From Tubiluchus corallicola (Eukaryota; Animalia; Priapulida), in contig JAQGDQ010000726.1 in NCBI GenBank assembly GCA_030141605.1, forward strand, positions 88,738-107,165: a stretch of DNA of 18,428 nucleotides. The letters run 5' to 3'. The translations under genes were made by a program, and so were the position numbers. Shown here piece after piece: positions 1 through 10,284 of this stretch. Position 1 is the first letter of the stretch. Every line of letters begins with the position of its first letter. The notes beneath the pieces are model-generated. The model did no database searches. It saw only the letters and a program-made list of their open reading frames with translations, and was not told the origin of the DNA.

Positions 1-14
1 AAAAGTTATAAGCA
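1..14. repeat. Terminal direct repeat, left copy (AAAAGTTATAAGCA)
   Basis: Bases 1-14 are identical to bases 18415-18428. Confidence 0.9.
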
Positions 15-194
15 AAAGATATAAGAACAAGCTATGACATCACTACATTATATTCAATAAGATGGCAGAATTACCAGTATTAAACTAAATACTTTACTTT
101 GACTGACGATGAACAATTTGCTCGGTCAAACGTGGGCGAACTGATTCACCTTTGACCAGCAGAATTCAGAAGTACATCCCTGGCAACAGCTGAC

Positions 195-403
195 TCAGCA
201 CGTTGAGAAAGTGCAGGTGTTCGTTACCTTGAGTCGTAGATATAAGTTGTTTATTTGTTTAATATGCTCTGTAAACTCCCACAGTAAATAACGTGACTTT
301 TAGATAAGTGAACAAGGACAGATGTACGTCACGATGAATCATAGATATAAGAAGTTTATTTGCTTGACAGAAGTTCTAATCTTGCTCATCAAACAAGGTA
401 ATA
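195..403 (+). promoter_or_regulatory. Promoter-like module P1, with the core duplicated in tandem and a candidate short first exon (~372-397)
   Basis: CAGGTGTTCGTTACCTTGAGTCGTAGATATAAGTTGTTTATTTG (~214-257) and CAGATGTACGTCACGATGAATCATAGATATAAGAAGTTTATTTGCTTGACAG (~319-370) align with each other and with 14574-14620 and 16423-16476. TATA-like GATATAAG is at 344-351 and a donor CAAG|GTAATA at 398. Confidence 0.4.
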
Positions 404-526
404 CAGAGTTTATTTACCTTTATATATTGACACGACATTTCGATTCAAATCTTGATACTTTTAGGTTGCAGAACGAAAAGACACAAAAATCCGAGTTTTT
501 GATTGATAGTTAAATAACACAATCAG

Positions 527-1040
527 CAGTAGTACCTCTGTTTTCGACCATACTGTAATTCCTTCCTAAAAGGGCGTTTGAAAACCGACTTAGTTGAGTA
601 CCAAATCATTTATTCTCATAATAAATAATGTAAAAGCAAATAATCCGTTCTGAAGCACCAAATGAACTATAAAGTATTACTAAAACGAAGTATAATAATG
701 CAAAAATGTTTATTCAAACAGTATATATGATATAATTGATAACAAAAACATAATAGAATTACTTTAAAAGAAAAAAATAGTTTGTCTTGCATGAAGAAAC
801 CAAGAGAAAAAGAAGCAAATAAAGCACTTAACGATGTAAGGAAATTTAAATCTTGTGCGTGACTCCTCTCGGGCGTGGTCGATTACCCTCGGCTTTACTC
901 GGCTCGCCGCACATGTGATCATCACGTGTTTGGCGGTTGGTCGAGCTTCGAAATTCTGCTTGAGAGTGGAAACAATTTCAGCTGGAATTTTCTGGTGGAA
1001 AACCAGAGTACGGAGACGTTCGACAACAACGGTATGACTG
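527..1040. mobile_element. Tigger/pogo-like (Tc1/mariner superfamily) non-autonomous MITE, ~514 bp
   Basis: Imperfect TIRs: CAGTAGTACCTCTGTTTTCGACC versus the reverse complement of the right end, CAGTCATACCGTTGTTGTCGAAC (17/23). TA follows at 1041-1042 and the left TA is not preserved. The element is absent from the paralogous site near 16652-16680. Confidence 0.75.
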
Positions 1041-1059
1041 TATGTTTAATAAACACAGA

Positions 1060-1520
1060 ATATACAGTTAAAAATCAAACAGAAAAATTGTATCTTTTCA
1101 ATTTCTTTTTTGTTTGAACTTGATTAGCAAAAACATTTGCTTATAGAATCAGAATAATTATGATCATTAATGCACGAACACTCTGCATAGTATCTGTTTA
1201 CAATTGTTTGCTTCATCACAGAGTAATTGATTTGGTGTCTTAATCCATAAATTGTAGAATAAAGTTTAGTCAATAAATAGCAGGACAGATTTGACAATAC
1301 TATGACAAGTGATAAGTCATTTAGGCATACGCCATAGTCAGCAAACGCAGCTGGTTTGTTAATCTTTTCATAATCAGAACTATTTTATCTTGTAATAAAT
1401 ACAAAGCTAATTAAATTTTTAGTCAACTGTACTCAAATGAAAGTGAAAAGTCGTCAAACAATGGATTTGAAACAAGGACCTCTGGCTTACAATGTCCTAA
1501 TTTCTAGACCACGATCAGTA
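1060..1520. repeat. Diverged segmental duplication, paralogous to ~16660-16715 plus ~17860-18135
   Basis: Shared anchors are TACAGT(T/A)AAAAATCAAACAGAAAA, TGTTTGA--TTGAT, TAATGCACGAACACTCTGCAT (1168 and 17878), TCAAATGAAA and the SINE-like head. Confidence 0.8.
1452..1520 (-). mobile_element. Degenerate tRNA-derived SINE-like head
   Basis: The minus strand reads ...GTGGTCTAG...AGAGGTCCTTGTTTCAAATCC (degenerate B-box). It is paralogous to 18063-18134. Confidence 0.45.
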
Positions 1521-2459
1521 TTAATTCTTGCTTGTCAAAGAACTCAGCGCTTCCAATGTCAGTTATGGTAGAGAAATTACAAATTATTTAGCTTAGGAAT
1601 ATCCGTTACTAATGTATATCACTACATTTCCAATGCTTTCAACGGTGAGAGTTGAACTAATAAGCCTCTGCGCACATTACATACATAGAGCTGATAGTTC
1701 TGCGGATGGCATTAGTTAGTTAAGCATCGTTTTACTTAGTCAGTAATTCATTGGTGGTAAACACAGGGACAACCTAACGCCCAGTATAAAGCAAACATAT
1801 TATGAATAAACATATTGTGCATTAAGTGGTAATCGCGTAAATGTAATTATATTTTCATAATTGTTTGCTCACATATAAGTGTTTGGCTGCAATTAGTTTA
1901 ATCTTTGCTTTCAGTAATCAGGTTTTAGTTAAGGCTCTTTATAATTTCTTTTGTATTAACATTTTTGTATGAAATAAAACTATAATCAACCAATCGTTCG
2001 GTCAATCAGTCTGCCAGAAACTGAACTCAATAAGCTCAAAAGAGTACAAAGCACATTAGTTTAAATTTTTACACGTATAATGTGCTTAATAAATTTGTAA
2101 TAGCCAATAGTTATACCAGTAACCTAGCAGAATCAATAATATAATCCTTCAAATCGATGCGTGATAATAAGTTTGTTTGCAAAGCAAACAAGAATGGACT
2201 GCGCACAGATTGGACCAGTTCTGACTAGTCATACAACCCTGGCAACTATGAACTATAAAAGCTTTGTCAGCATTTTGAAAGAGACAGTTCTGAATATTGT
2301 GACAAACGTGTTTCTCAAGAAAGAAAAGAAAGGTACAAATAAAAGTAAGTGTTGCTAGCAATACTCTTTAGATTTATTATAGATTAGAGGCATCACATTA
2401 GAGGCATAACAATAACACCTAATGACAATTATTGGGTCATTAATTTTGTCACGAACATA

Positions 2460-3450
2460 ACAACATGTACAGAATTGGAAACAGGATGCACCCTTGAGGA
2501 GCTCCTGTATTGTAACCTTAGAAGTTGAAAAAATGTAGTGTTTGCATCAATTATCTTGACGATCTGTGATCGCCCAGTCAAGAGCTCAAGTACGAAATTA
2601 TACAGCCAGCCAGGTTTGCTAAGTTCCGTCATTTTATAATACAATTTTAGCGACAGAATTGTATTGAAAGCTGATCTGAAATCAACGAAAACAATTCTGG
2701 CATTATAATTACGTTTATCAAGGTGTGTTAGTACATCATGAACAACAAGAGCTACAGCATCATCTGTGGAACGATTAGCATGATATGCAAATTGAAACGG
2801 GTCCAAAATGGTAAAACAACAGATTTTAGGAAACGTATGATCAAACGTTCTAGTGTTTTGCTTAACACAGATGTTAAAGCCACAGGTCTATAGTCATTAA
2901 GTGTAATAACTGGGTTTCTCTTTGGTACAGGAATAATGATAGACTGCTGAAACTGTTTAGAGAATTCACAAATGCTTAAAGACGAATTATAAATAGGAGT
3001 AAAAATATACTGTAAGTTGATCTGAGCAGTATCGCCCATGCTGCGTTGTTACAAGATCTGCTCCTGCTGATCTTTTAACTTTCAGTTTGTCAACCTGTCG
3101 CCACACATCGTTTTCTTGTGTAACAAGAGATGGAGTGTTATTGCAATTTGACCTATTCAAATAATCTAATAATGGTCCCGTTTCTTTAGGAAAACGACTA
3201 TAAAAATTATTCAGTTTATCCGGTAATGTTGGGTCGTTTAAGTTAATATTTTTTTATTTCGGTTTGTAGTTGGTAATTTCATTTAGTCCTTGCCAAAGTT
3301 CTCGAGTGTCATTTGACAAACAGTCCTTCTCCAATTTGTTTTTAAAATTACATTTGGCAGACTTGATTGATTTCCGGAGATCGTACATCGCGATTTTATA
3401 TTGCTCCTGGTCATCGGATTATAGGCTATTTGTCTTGCCCGGATTTTAGG
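2460..3450 (-). mobile_element. Rex1/Babar-type (CR1 group) non-LTR retrotransposon ORF2 fragment, RT domain, frameshifted and truncated
   Basis: Minus-strand peptides SDDQEQYKIAMYDLRKSIK, TRELWQGLNEITNYK, IIPVPKRNPVITLNDYRPVALTSVLSKTLERLI, DPFQFAYHANRSTDDAV, VFVDFRSAFNTI and NTGAPQGCIL are typical Rex1-like RT motifs spread over several frames. The fragment ends before the YADD motif. Confidence 0.92.
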
Positions 3451-3654
3451 TCTTTGCCCAGATCTTTGCCCAGTTGTGAGAGGTAATGCCTTGTAACAGG
3501 TAGACAGTTGCTTGCAGCAATTGAAAGTTGAAATATTGTCTAATTTTGTACTATTGGTGGTTTTCTAATAGTTGGCGACTTGGTCCTCTTTTGTGTTTAA
3601 TTACTGATTGATTACTGGCCTTTCTTTGGTCACTAAACACAACTATGTTGGGCC

Positions 3655-3740
3655 GCAATTTTGAATACTTAGATTTTGGTCAGTTTTTTGAGCTTTGAAT
3701 ACATGAATTTAGGGCAGCCCTCGATCTTGCATATATGCAA
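3655..3740. repeat. Degenerate ~28-bp minisatellite
   Basis: Units such as TTTGAATACATGAATTTAGGGCAGC. Confidence 0.65.
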
Positions 3741-4227
3741 TTCAGTATCACTCTCCATGCAAAGTTCAAATTCTGTTGTCATCATTTTCAGTTGTCAAAC
3801 TTTTTATTAACTGTGTGTTGCTGTTCATTAAGTCTGCTGTCACTTTCTTGTTTAAGTTACACCTGTTAAGAGTTGCACACGGTAATTAATAGAATTTGAA
3901 GATTTGCCGAATTTTTAAATTTTGAAGTTTTACTCAAATCTTATAACGTAATTAATTATTGATTGATTATTGATTGTTGCCCAAAATTTTTTATGTCTAC
4001 GAAGATGGCTTCAATGCAATTGCATTCTTTTTAAAAAAGAATATTATTTGCCAATCAATCTAACTAAAAAAACTATAATGATTTAGCAAATAATGTCATT
4101 AATTTAGGTTAATGCACATTAAACTTTTTTAGAAATTATTTTGCGCACCAGTGTGATGTTGTTTTCACTTTTAAGCGTATTAGATTGCTCATTATGGCTA
4201 CAATAACAATTATTTTTTATCTTTCAG

Positions 4228-4298
4228 GTATTTTCGATTACTATTAATGATGATCTGCTTTTAAGACCACTGTTGGTTTGGCAAGTTTCATCTGGAAA
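4228..4298 (+). other. Candidate exon, 71 nt, probably non-coding
   Basis: Acceptor TTTTTTATCTTTCAG and donor AA|GTAAGT at 4299. Confidence 0.5.
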
Positions 4299-4442
4299 GT
4301 AAGTCACAGAAGTTTGTTTACAAATTTTGCAAGTTTTACCAACATAAACGTTCATGTCCAAAACTTTATATTAATTCAACTACAAATTACTGATTGGCAA
4401 TTAACCATCAATTGGTCATTAAAAAGGATGCAACTGTGTTGA

Positions 4443-4625
4443 AGCAGCATCTCCTAGATATACGTATTTAAGATTCGAGTATGCATTCTCGAATACGCGA
4501 ATTTGGGGTAGCATTTTCGAATTGATTTTATTTATTGAGGCAGCACTTTTCAACATATGAATTTTGTCAGCCTCTTGAATGCATAGATTTATGGCAGCAA
4601 GTTTAAATACATAAATTTGAGGCAA
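4443..4625. repeat. Degenerate ~28-bp minisatellite (~6 units)
   Basis: CAGCACTTTTCAACATATGAATTTTGT / CAGCCTCTTGAATGCATAGATTTATGG / CAGCAAGTTTAAATACATAAATTTGAGG. Confidence 0.75.
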
Positions 4626-5440
4626 ACATCAATTAACACATGTTTTTTGACAACGTGGTTTCGGAGCCGTTCTGTTTGAGGTTGTTTATTATGTGTTTGT
4701 TACTGTACATCAAATCTGCTATCACCTTTTAGTTGGGCATAAGTTACTATTGAAATATAGAATTAACAGAAATTAAAATAGTTACAAATTTTGCATTTTT
4801 GGAGCTTTCACCAAATGCTATCTATTTAGCTTTTTTGTGTCTAACTAATGGCTGTCAATTGGTCTCTATGTCTGTCATAAAATAGGTCTTGATAATGACT
4901 TCATATGTTTACCAAATGAGCCATTGAAACGGAACACATGAGCTTGCTGAGTGCTCTCAGTGATAAAACGCTGAACTTAGGCAACACCAAGCCTGGCTCG
5001 TAAATGCATAAATGACTAAATCTGAACAACCACTATGTTTCCCGCATAAACAATTTTCCCATCTGTTTACCTTCTTTGAGGGTGAATGCAAATAAAATCA
5101 CTCATGGTCATCCTATTGTCCCATCTTAGAGATTGGGTCTTAACTATTTAATTAACTTCCTGCAGATATTTCCAAAGGCAGATCCCTATATTAGTAATAG
5201 GAAAACGTTCTGTACATTGAGGAGCATTTCATTGCTCCTCCTGTGTGACAACATGTCTACGAACATGTCAAATTATTGTTAGGATGTTTTGCCATACAGT
5301 CCCGCTGTCACTAGTTACACTTTCATTGACCAAAATATAGCAAAAGTTAGCATATGAGTTCGTGTAAGACAGTGTGAACAATGCTTTAGATTTTTTCTCG
5401 TTAATTCTCTAGAAATACGATGACCCAAAACAACAGGATT

Positions 5441-5441
<1 letters not shown>

Positions 5442-5510
<69 letters not shown>
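5442..5510. repeat. (TAA)n microsatellite
   Basis: Perfect trinucleotide run of ~23 units. Confidence 0.98.
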
Positions 5511-5511
<1 letters not shown>

Positions 5512-6004
5512 CAAGAAATTGTATTGTTTTCGACTCTATGTGAATTGGTGCATGGTGAATAACGTGCAGAAAATTATGCAAGAAGTAACATTACACAGTA
5601 ATCGATGTAAGACTAACCAAAGAGTACAAATTCGGCCCTACCTTAAATCTAGCACTAATCACTGAAGACAGGCTTAAATTTTCATTTTACTGGTACTTCA
5701 GCAGCACTATAACAAGTTACCAATCTCACTAATAATTAGTTCATCAGGAAGATGTGTATCGTATCTTGTGGTAGACATCATTAAATCGAATTCTGTGATA
5801 GACTTCAACCGTGTATAATTCCAATAATGCCAGCGTTATGCTAATGAAATTCATAATTTTATGTTAAAACAATTCCGATAACTTTACATTTCCACTCGTT
5901 GATTCGGCAATTGAATTTAACGAAGCCAATATAAAGGCACAGTCTGCAAAATAACGTGTTTGCAAAGCTAAGCTAAGTACTACTTACTAGTACTACTAAA
6001 AACT

Positions 6005-7252
6005 ACTGAGCTTCCTGTGCTTGATGGGCAGGAGCCATTTGACCTGCTGGCATATCATATTTTTCATATGGTCAATCCAAATGTTTCAAAAATCAACTGG
6101 GTTATCACCTCCTTAAATTCAAATGCCTAATGTCTCCGTTAATCTAGATCGTATAGTGTAAGGTGACTTAAATCTATATAGCGTATAGATTGAATTTAAT
6201 ATGTCCGCTTAATCTCTTATTGCTATAAGGTGAATCCTTCACCTGACTCCGAGAGCTTTGGATATCAGTCTAGTAAGCAATGATCGTCTTATCTAAACTT
6301 CACCTTGACCTTCGCGTTGTGAGAAAAGGTCTATATCTCTCAAGTTTCCTAGCTACGCCCCCGCAATATGAGCGACAGTTAATTCAAAGCGAACTAATCA
6401 GATTCGTATATCGGAAATAGTGTTGCTTGAGTTAAACACTGATAACATACATTAACTCAATCGTTAAATGTCAAAGAGAATTGTTTTATTGATTTACAAT
6501 AATTACTGCTTAAGTATATCTTACAAGATTTAGTCCTTAAGCGCTTTTGACGCTCACAACTATTTTGTTAGCTTCCTAAAAGTATCTCTCTGAACAATTC
6601 TTCAATTCCTAATTCCTATCACCTAAGGTGTATACTTTACACTTATCCTCACTATAGTACAATGTGAACTTATACGAACTACTGACGATATGCACAGTTA
6701 ATTCTCAGTTTTACCAATATGTTATGATTACTTATCTCTGCGGATTTGACCCAATGTACAGTACAATTTGGTCAATTCCGGTAGCTGATATAAGACTTCT
6801 CGTTGCTCAGTGCCCAGAGTATCCTAGGAACGCAGAAAGATGTCTACGCCGAACTTCCAGAGTTGTCTTGTCTGTCAAACCGCCCTCCTTGTGTGATTTC
6901 CCGTACACACAGCACGTGTCTCCTCCAATACGACCGGGTGGAACGAGCGCTGGGTTATTCGAACCCGGGGCTTATATTTCATTGAGGTAACCTTGCAGTA
7001 ACCTTGCAATTTCTGCGGCGTATGAAGCATCAAAATTTATGGGACAAGTATAAGGACGCAGTCATTATACGCCCGTAAAACGTATCCGTGTTCTTTCTTC
7101 AAGAAACAATGACCTCGCAGAGTTTTTGTTAATTACTAGCAATTTGTGCATATCGCTCATTATAAACGGTACTTCCGTCTTAACTTAATGTTAGCTAATT
7201 ATCCTAAGCATCTTAGAGTGTCCTGACGTAAACGCTATTTTTAGTTCTGACA
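6005..7252 (-). mobile_element. Possible LTR-retrotransposon remnant (5' LTR ~7252-6369, then leader and decayed gag start)
   Basis: The minus strand starts TGTCAG at 7252, has TATAAG at ~6975 and AATAAA at ~6487, and ends CA at 6369. It is followed by a G-rich PBS-like GGGGGCGTAG and a frameshifted gag-like peptide GGDNPVDF(L) at ~6085-6112. No second LTR or TSD was seen. Confidence 0.3.
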
Positions 7253-7504
7253 ACCTACGCTGTTTACAGTTCATTAAATCCGAGCTTCTCAGCTGGGTGA
7301 GTTTCTTATTGCACTATCTGTAAATTTATTCATGCAATCAGGGAGGCAGGCAACCTTTTATACCAAAATATCGAAAATCATCGATTTATAAATTTATTCA
7401 CCACAGGGTAAATCTAACGTATAAAATTTAACATTTACTCAACTTTACGATGGTTAGGTCCAGCAGAACTGTCCAGGGAGATGAATACCATCAGCAATGC
7501 TCTT

Positions 7505-7576
7505 ACCATGTATTCCTCCACGTATCGTACCACACTTCTCACCACTTGCCAAACCACATTTCCTACCACGTATCCA
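7505..7576. repeat. Degenerate 12-bp tandem repeat (6 units, CCAC core)
   Basis: TACCATGTATTC CTCCACGTATCG TACCACACTTCT CACCACTTGCCA AACCACATTTCC TACCACGTATCC. Confidence 0.65.
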
Positions 7577-7865
7577 ATTTGGCTTCCAGGACACGTCTGC
7601 CAAAACCGTCAGCTCCTATGTCTCCCAAAAATGATAATTGTCTCCTCTAGGCGATACTGCACTGGATATTGACATTCAGCAACCAAACTGGAACTCAGTT
7701 GCTGCGAGAGGAAGAGTTTAAAGGCAAGCATTCAGTCCCAGAAACAACAGAGATGTTCTATACTGCATGGCTTCCACTGGCGTCTAATAGGAAGACGTCT
7801 TGAACCTCTAGGCCATTACAGTGTTTATTGCTTATTGTGTCTAATGATTAGTTTTTGCCTTTCAG

Positions 7866-7938
7866 GCTTTTTGTCGTTACCAGTGATTGGTGAACTGTTG
7901 TCAAGGTTACGTTCAGCTTCACAAGCTTCATCTGGCAA
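7866..7938 (+). other. Candidate exon, 73 nt
   Basis: Branch-like CTAAT, acceptor TTTTTGCCTTTCAG and donor AA|GTAAGT at 7939. Paralog of 4228-4298. Confidence 0.55.
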
Positions 7939-8373
7939 GTAAGTAACAGAAGTTTTGTGTTGTTGCTGCTTTAAACATTATAAACTTCATTTTTCAAACT
8001 TTGTTTTAGATTTTTTAATTATTAATTATTGGTTGATTATTGACCATGTATTGGTGATTAAAAAGAATGTAGATATGTTGAAGCAGCCAAATTACATATA
8101 ATGATTTAGCATAACACTTCTGAAAGCACAGATTCGGCTAAAATGCATGGAATGCATTGCTTACATTTAGCATTCCTGAATATGTGAATCCGGGACAATT
8201 TCTTGAATACATGAATTTGGGACAACATTTTTTGTTATTCTTCATTGATGCAGCACTTTTGTACATATGAATTTGGAACATTACTCTTGAGTGCATGGAA
8301 TTATTGCAACAATTTTGAATGCATAGATTTAGGATGGAACCTTTGAGTAGATAGATGTTGGGAGCTAGTAGAT

Positions 8374-9539
8374 TGTTATGGTGGGGGTGCAACTCTTTAC
8401 CTCCCAACTCATCCACAAATCTGACTAACCTGTCGCGTCATCTTTTATTCACAATAAAAGGGTTGTGCAACATACGTGGGCGGTTGTTGTCCTACAATTT
8501 TCCAGAGGGCAACAAGGCATATGAACCAAAATTCAACGACACAGGTATAATTAATATGTCTTTAGTGAGGTTGCAATGTCGAAGGGCTCACTTGAAAAAC
8601 CAGTGGGTCTAAGGCTTGATGTAACGTTTTACTGGGGTTTACTTAGGCATTATGGTTTTCCATGTTGACCATGACATACATAGATTCCAAACATTCCAAC
8701 AATAAAATCTCATATGAAATGGAGGAAAAGATTATGATTATTTTTACTATTTTTATTTACTTTTTACTCTGTTTAGATAAATTAGAACAGGTTAAATTAT
8801 CAATAACAGTTTCGCGTAAAGGCAGATAATAATAACAAAAATGACAAAGTGAAAAGAAAACAAAATGTCTACTTAACAGTTAACCCTTCCCCTGAGAGGA
8901 CAGGGACATGGGAGAGGAGTCCGCGGACGTAGCTCACTACAGTCAGTCACAGCAACACATCAACGACTTCAAGTCTATGGCCATAACAATCAACGGTGAT
9001 GACGCCGGCTGCAGCACCAATCAAACATGAACTAAGGAATGGCTCACAAGTCTCTGTGGTTGACTCAGGATACGTCCACAATCCACAACGTCTGGACACT
9101 GGTGGCTAGTCACGCCTCTCTATGTAGTTTAGAATAGGGCACATCGTAGAGAGTTCCAACATCTCATCAGTGTGAATAAAGCTCCATCCACAACATCAAA
9201 ACTGAAGTCGTTTGGTATCTCCACTGATAGTCTCTTTATGTTAGATCCGTCAAATAGCAGATGTGCAGAAGTTTAGTGTTTCAAAGACTCTTATAACCAA
9301 GATTAGGATTCTAACCATTTTCGTAAAGTAAAGTTAAATATAAAGTTAAAGCATTTTGGCTGCTTTCAGATTCAGCAGTTACACTGTACTCTCCTGGCTA
9401 TCTGTGTCATGCACTTTCCAAGATCGTGTTATGCATGGATAGGTTATAGTATTATGAAAGGAGGGGTGATAGGTAGGGAGCCCTTCCCACAGACTATACT
9501 ACAGCAATATCTAGTTTAGCTATGTGTAAGAACCTTACA
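8374..9539. mobile_element. Unclassified insertion with TG...CA ends (possible solo LTR or composite remnant)
   Basis: It interrupts a 28-bp array that resumes at 9541. The ends are TGTTA...TTACA and the flanks GTAGAT/ATAGAT. The interior is more GC-rich, with AATAAA at ~9175. Confidence 0.4.
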
Positions 9540-9658
9540 ATAGATTTAGGGCAGTATTTTTTTGATGCGTAGAATTAGATTTTATGTTAATAAATGCATT
9601 TAAGCAGCATTCTTCATGCAAAAGTTAAAATAACTTGTCATTATGAACCTGTTTTCAG

Positions 9659-9704
9659 AATTTTTGTTCTGTCATCACCTACATGTGGGCACAAGTTACC
9701 CCTG
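9659..9704 (+). other. Candidate exon, 46 nt
   Basis: Acceptor CCTGTTTTCAG and donor CTG|GTAAGT at 9705. Confidence 0.5.
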
Positions 9705-10062
9705 GTAAGTAGTTGCCTACAGAAAATAAGAGAAGTTTTAATTTTTTTGCAAATTTTGCTTTTTCTGGTGATTTAACAATTGCTATCGTTTTAGTATTTG
9801 TGTGTTTAATTACTGATTGTCTATTGATCTTTCAGTTGGCTGTAAAATAGTTCCTGATAATGACTTAATTGGTTTCTGCAAGTGTTTAATAATGCATGAA
9901 TTTTGAATTGTAAACAAGACTAGAATGAAATGAATATGATATTGAAGACAAATTTAAGAAAGGACAAACAGTGCTCATTGTGACTAATGTTTTTTTTGTC
10001 TTTAAGATATATCACATTTCATGAAAGTTGGTGAACTAAGTCTACCATCAGTTTTTTCAAGT

Positions 10063-10175
10063 TAGGGCAGCACTTTTGAATTTGGGGCAGTACTTTGGAA
10101 TACGTAGATTTGGGACAGCATTTACTAATGCACGGACTTAGTGCAGTTTACTTACGTAAATGAATTTGAGTAGTA
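10063..10175. repeat. Degenerate ~28-bp minisatellite (~4 units)
   Basis: CAGTACTTTGGAATACGTAGATTTGGGA / CAGCATTTACTAATGCACGGACTTAGTG. Confidence 0.7.
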
Positions 10176-10224
10176 CTGTTCATGCAAAAGTCTAAATTTC
10201 TTTTTATTGCATTTCAGTTTTCAG

Positions 10225-10284
10225 GCTTTTATCAACTGTGAGTTACTGTTCATAAAGACTGTTAAGAGGCAGAAGTTACATTTG
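10225..10284 (+). other. Candidate exon, 60 nt
   Basis: Acceptor TTTCAGTTTTCAG and donor TTG|GTAAGT at 10285. Confidence 0.5.

Larger units (their letters stand above)
3475..5060 (+). repeat. Cluster 1 of the exon-intron repeat module (4 diverged copies starting ~3475, 3785, 4221, 4670)
   Basis: Recurring anchors are TTTTCAG, AAGTT(A/T)CA(C/T)CTG, AGTTGC, AAATTTT, AATTACTGATTG and TGATAATGAC...AATGAGCCATT, plus the 28-bp arrays. Confidence 0.75.

Noticed and set aside
4443-4625. CRISPR-like array
   Set aside because: The units are adjacent and degenerate with no unique spacers, there are no cas genes, and the context is eukaryotic.
4890-4976. C/D box snoRNA in a module intron (TGATAA...CTGA; also 10427-10543)
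   Set aside because: The C box deviates from RUGAUGA, spacing differs between copies and there is no convincing terminal stem. A snoscan or Rfam search would be needed.
5420-5665. Poly-Ile ORF
   Set aside because: Artefact of the (TAA)n run.
7866-7938. Amphipathic peptide FLSLPVIGELLSRL in the candidate exon
   Set aside because: Splice phases are incompatible with neighbouring candidate exons, the equivalent frame has a stop in the 10225 copy, and short open frames are expected by chance.
8138-8416. Cys-rich minus-strand ORF (also 4419-4625)
   Set aside because: It is a translation of a 28-bp repeat, which is not a multiple of 3, and the motif cycles through frames.
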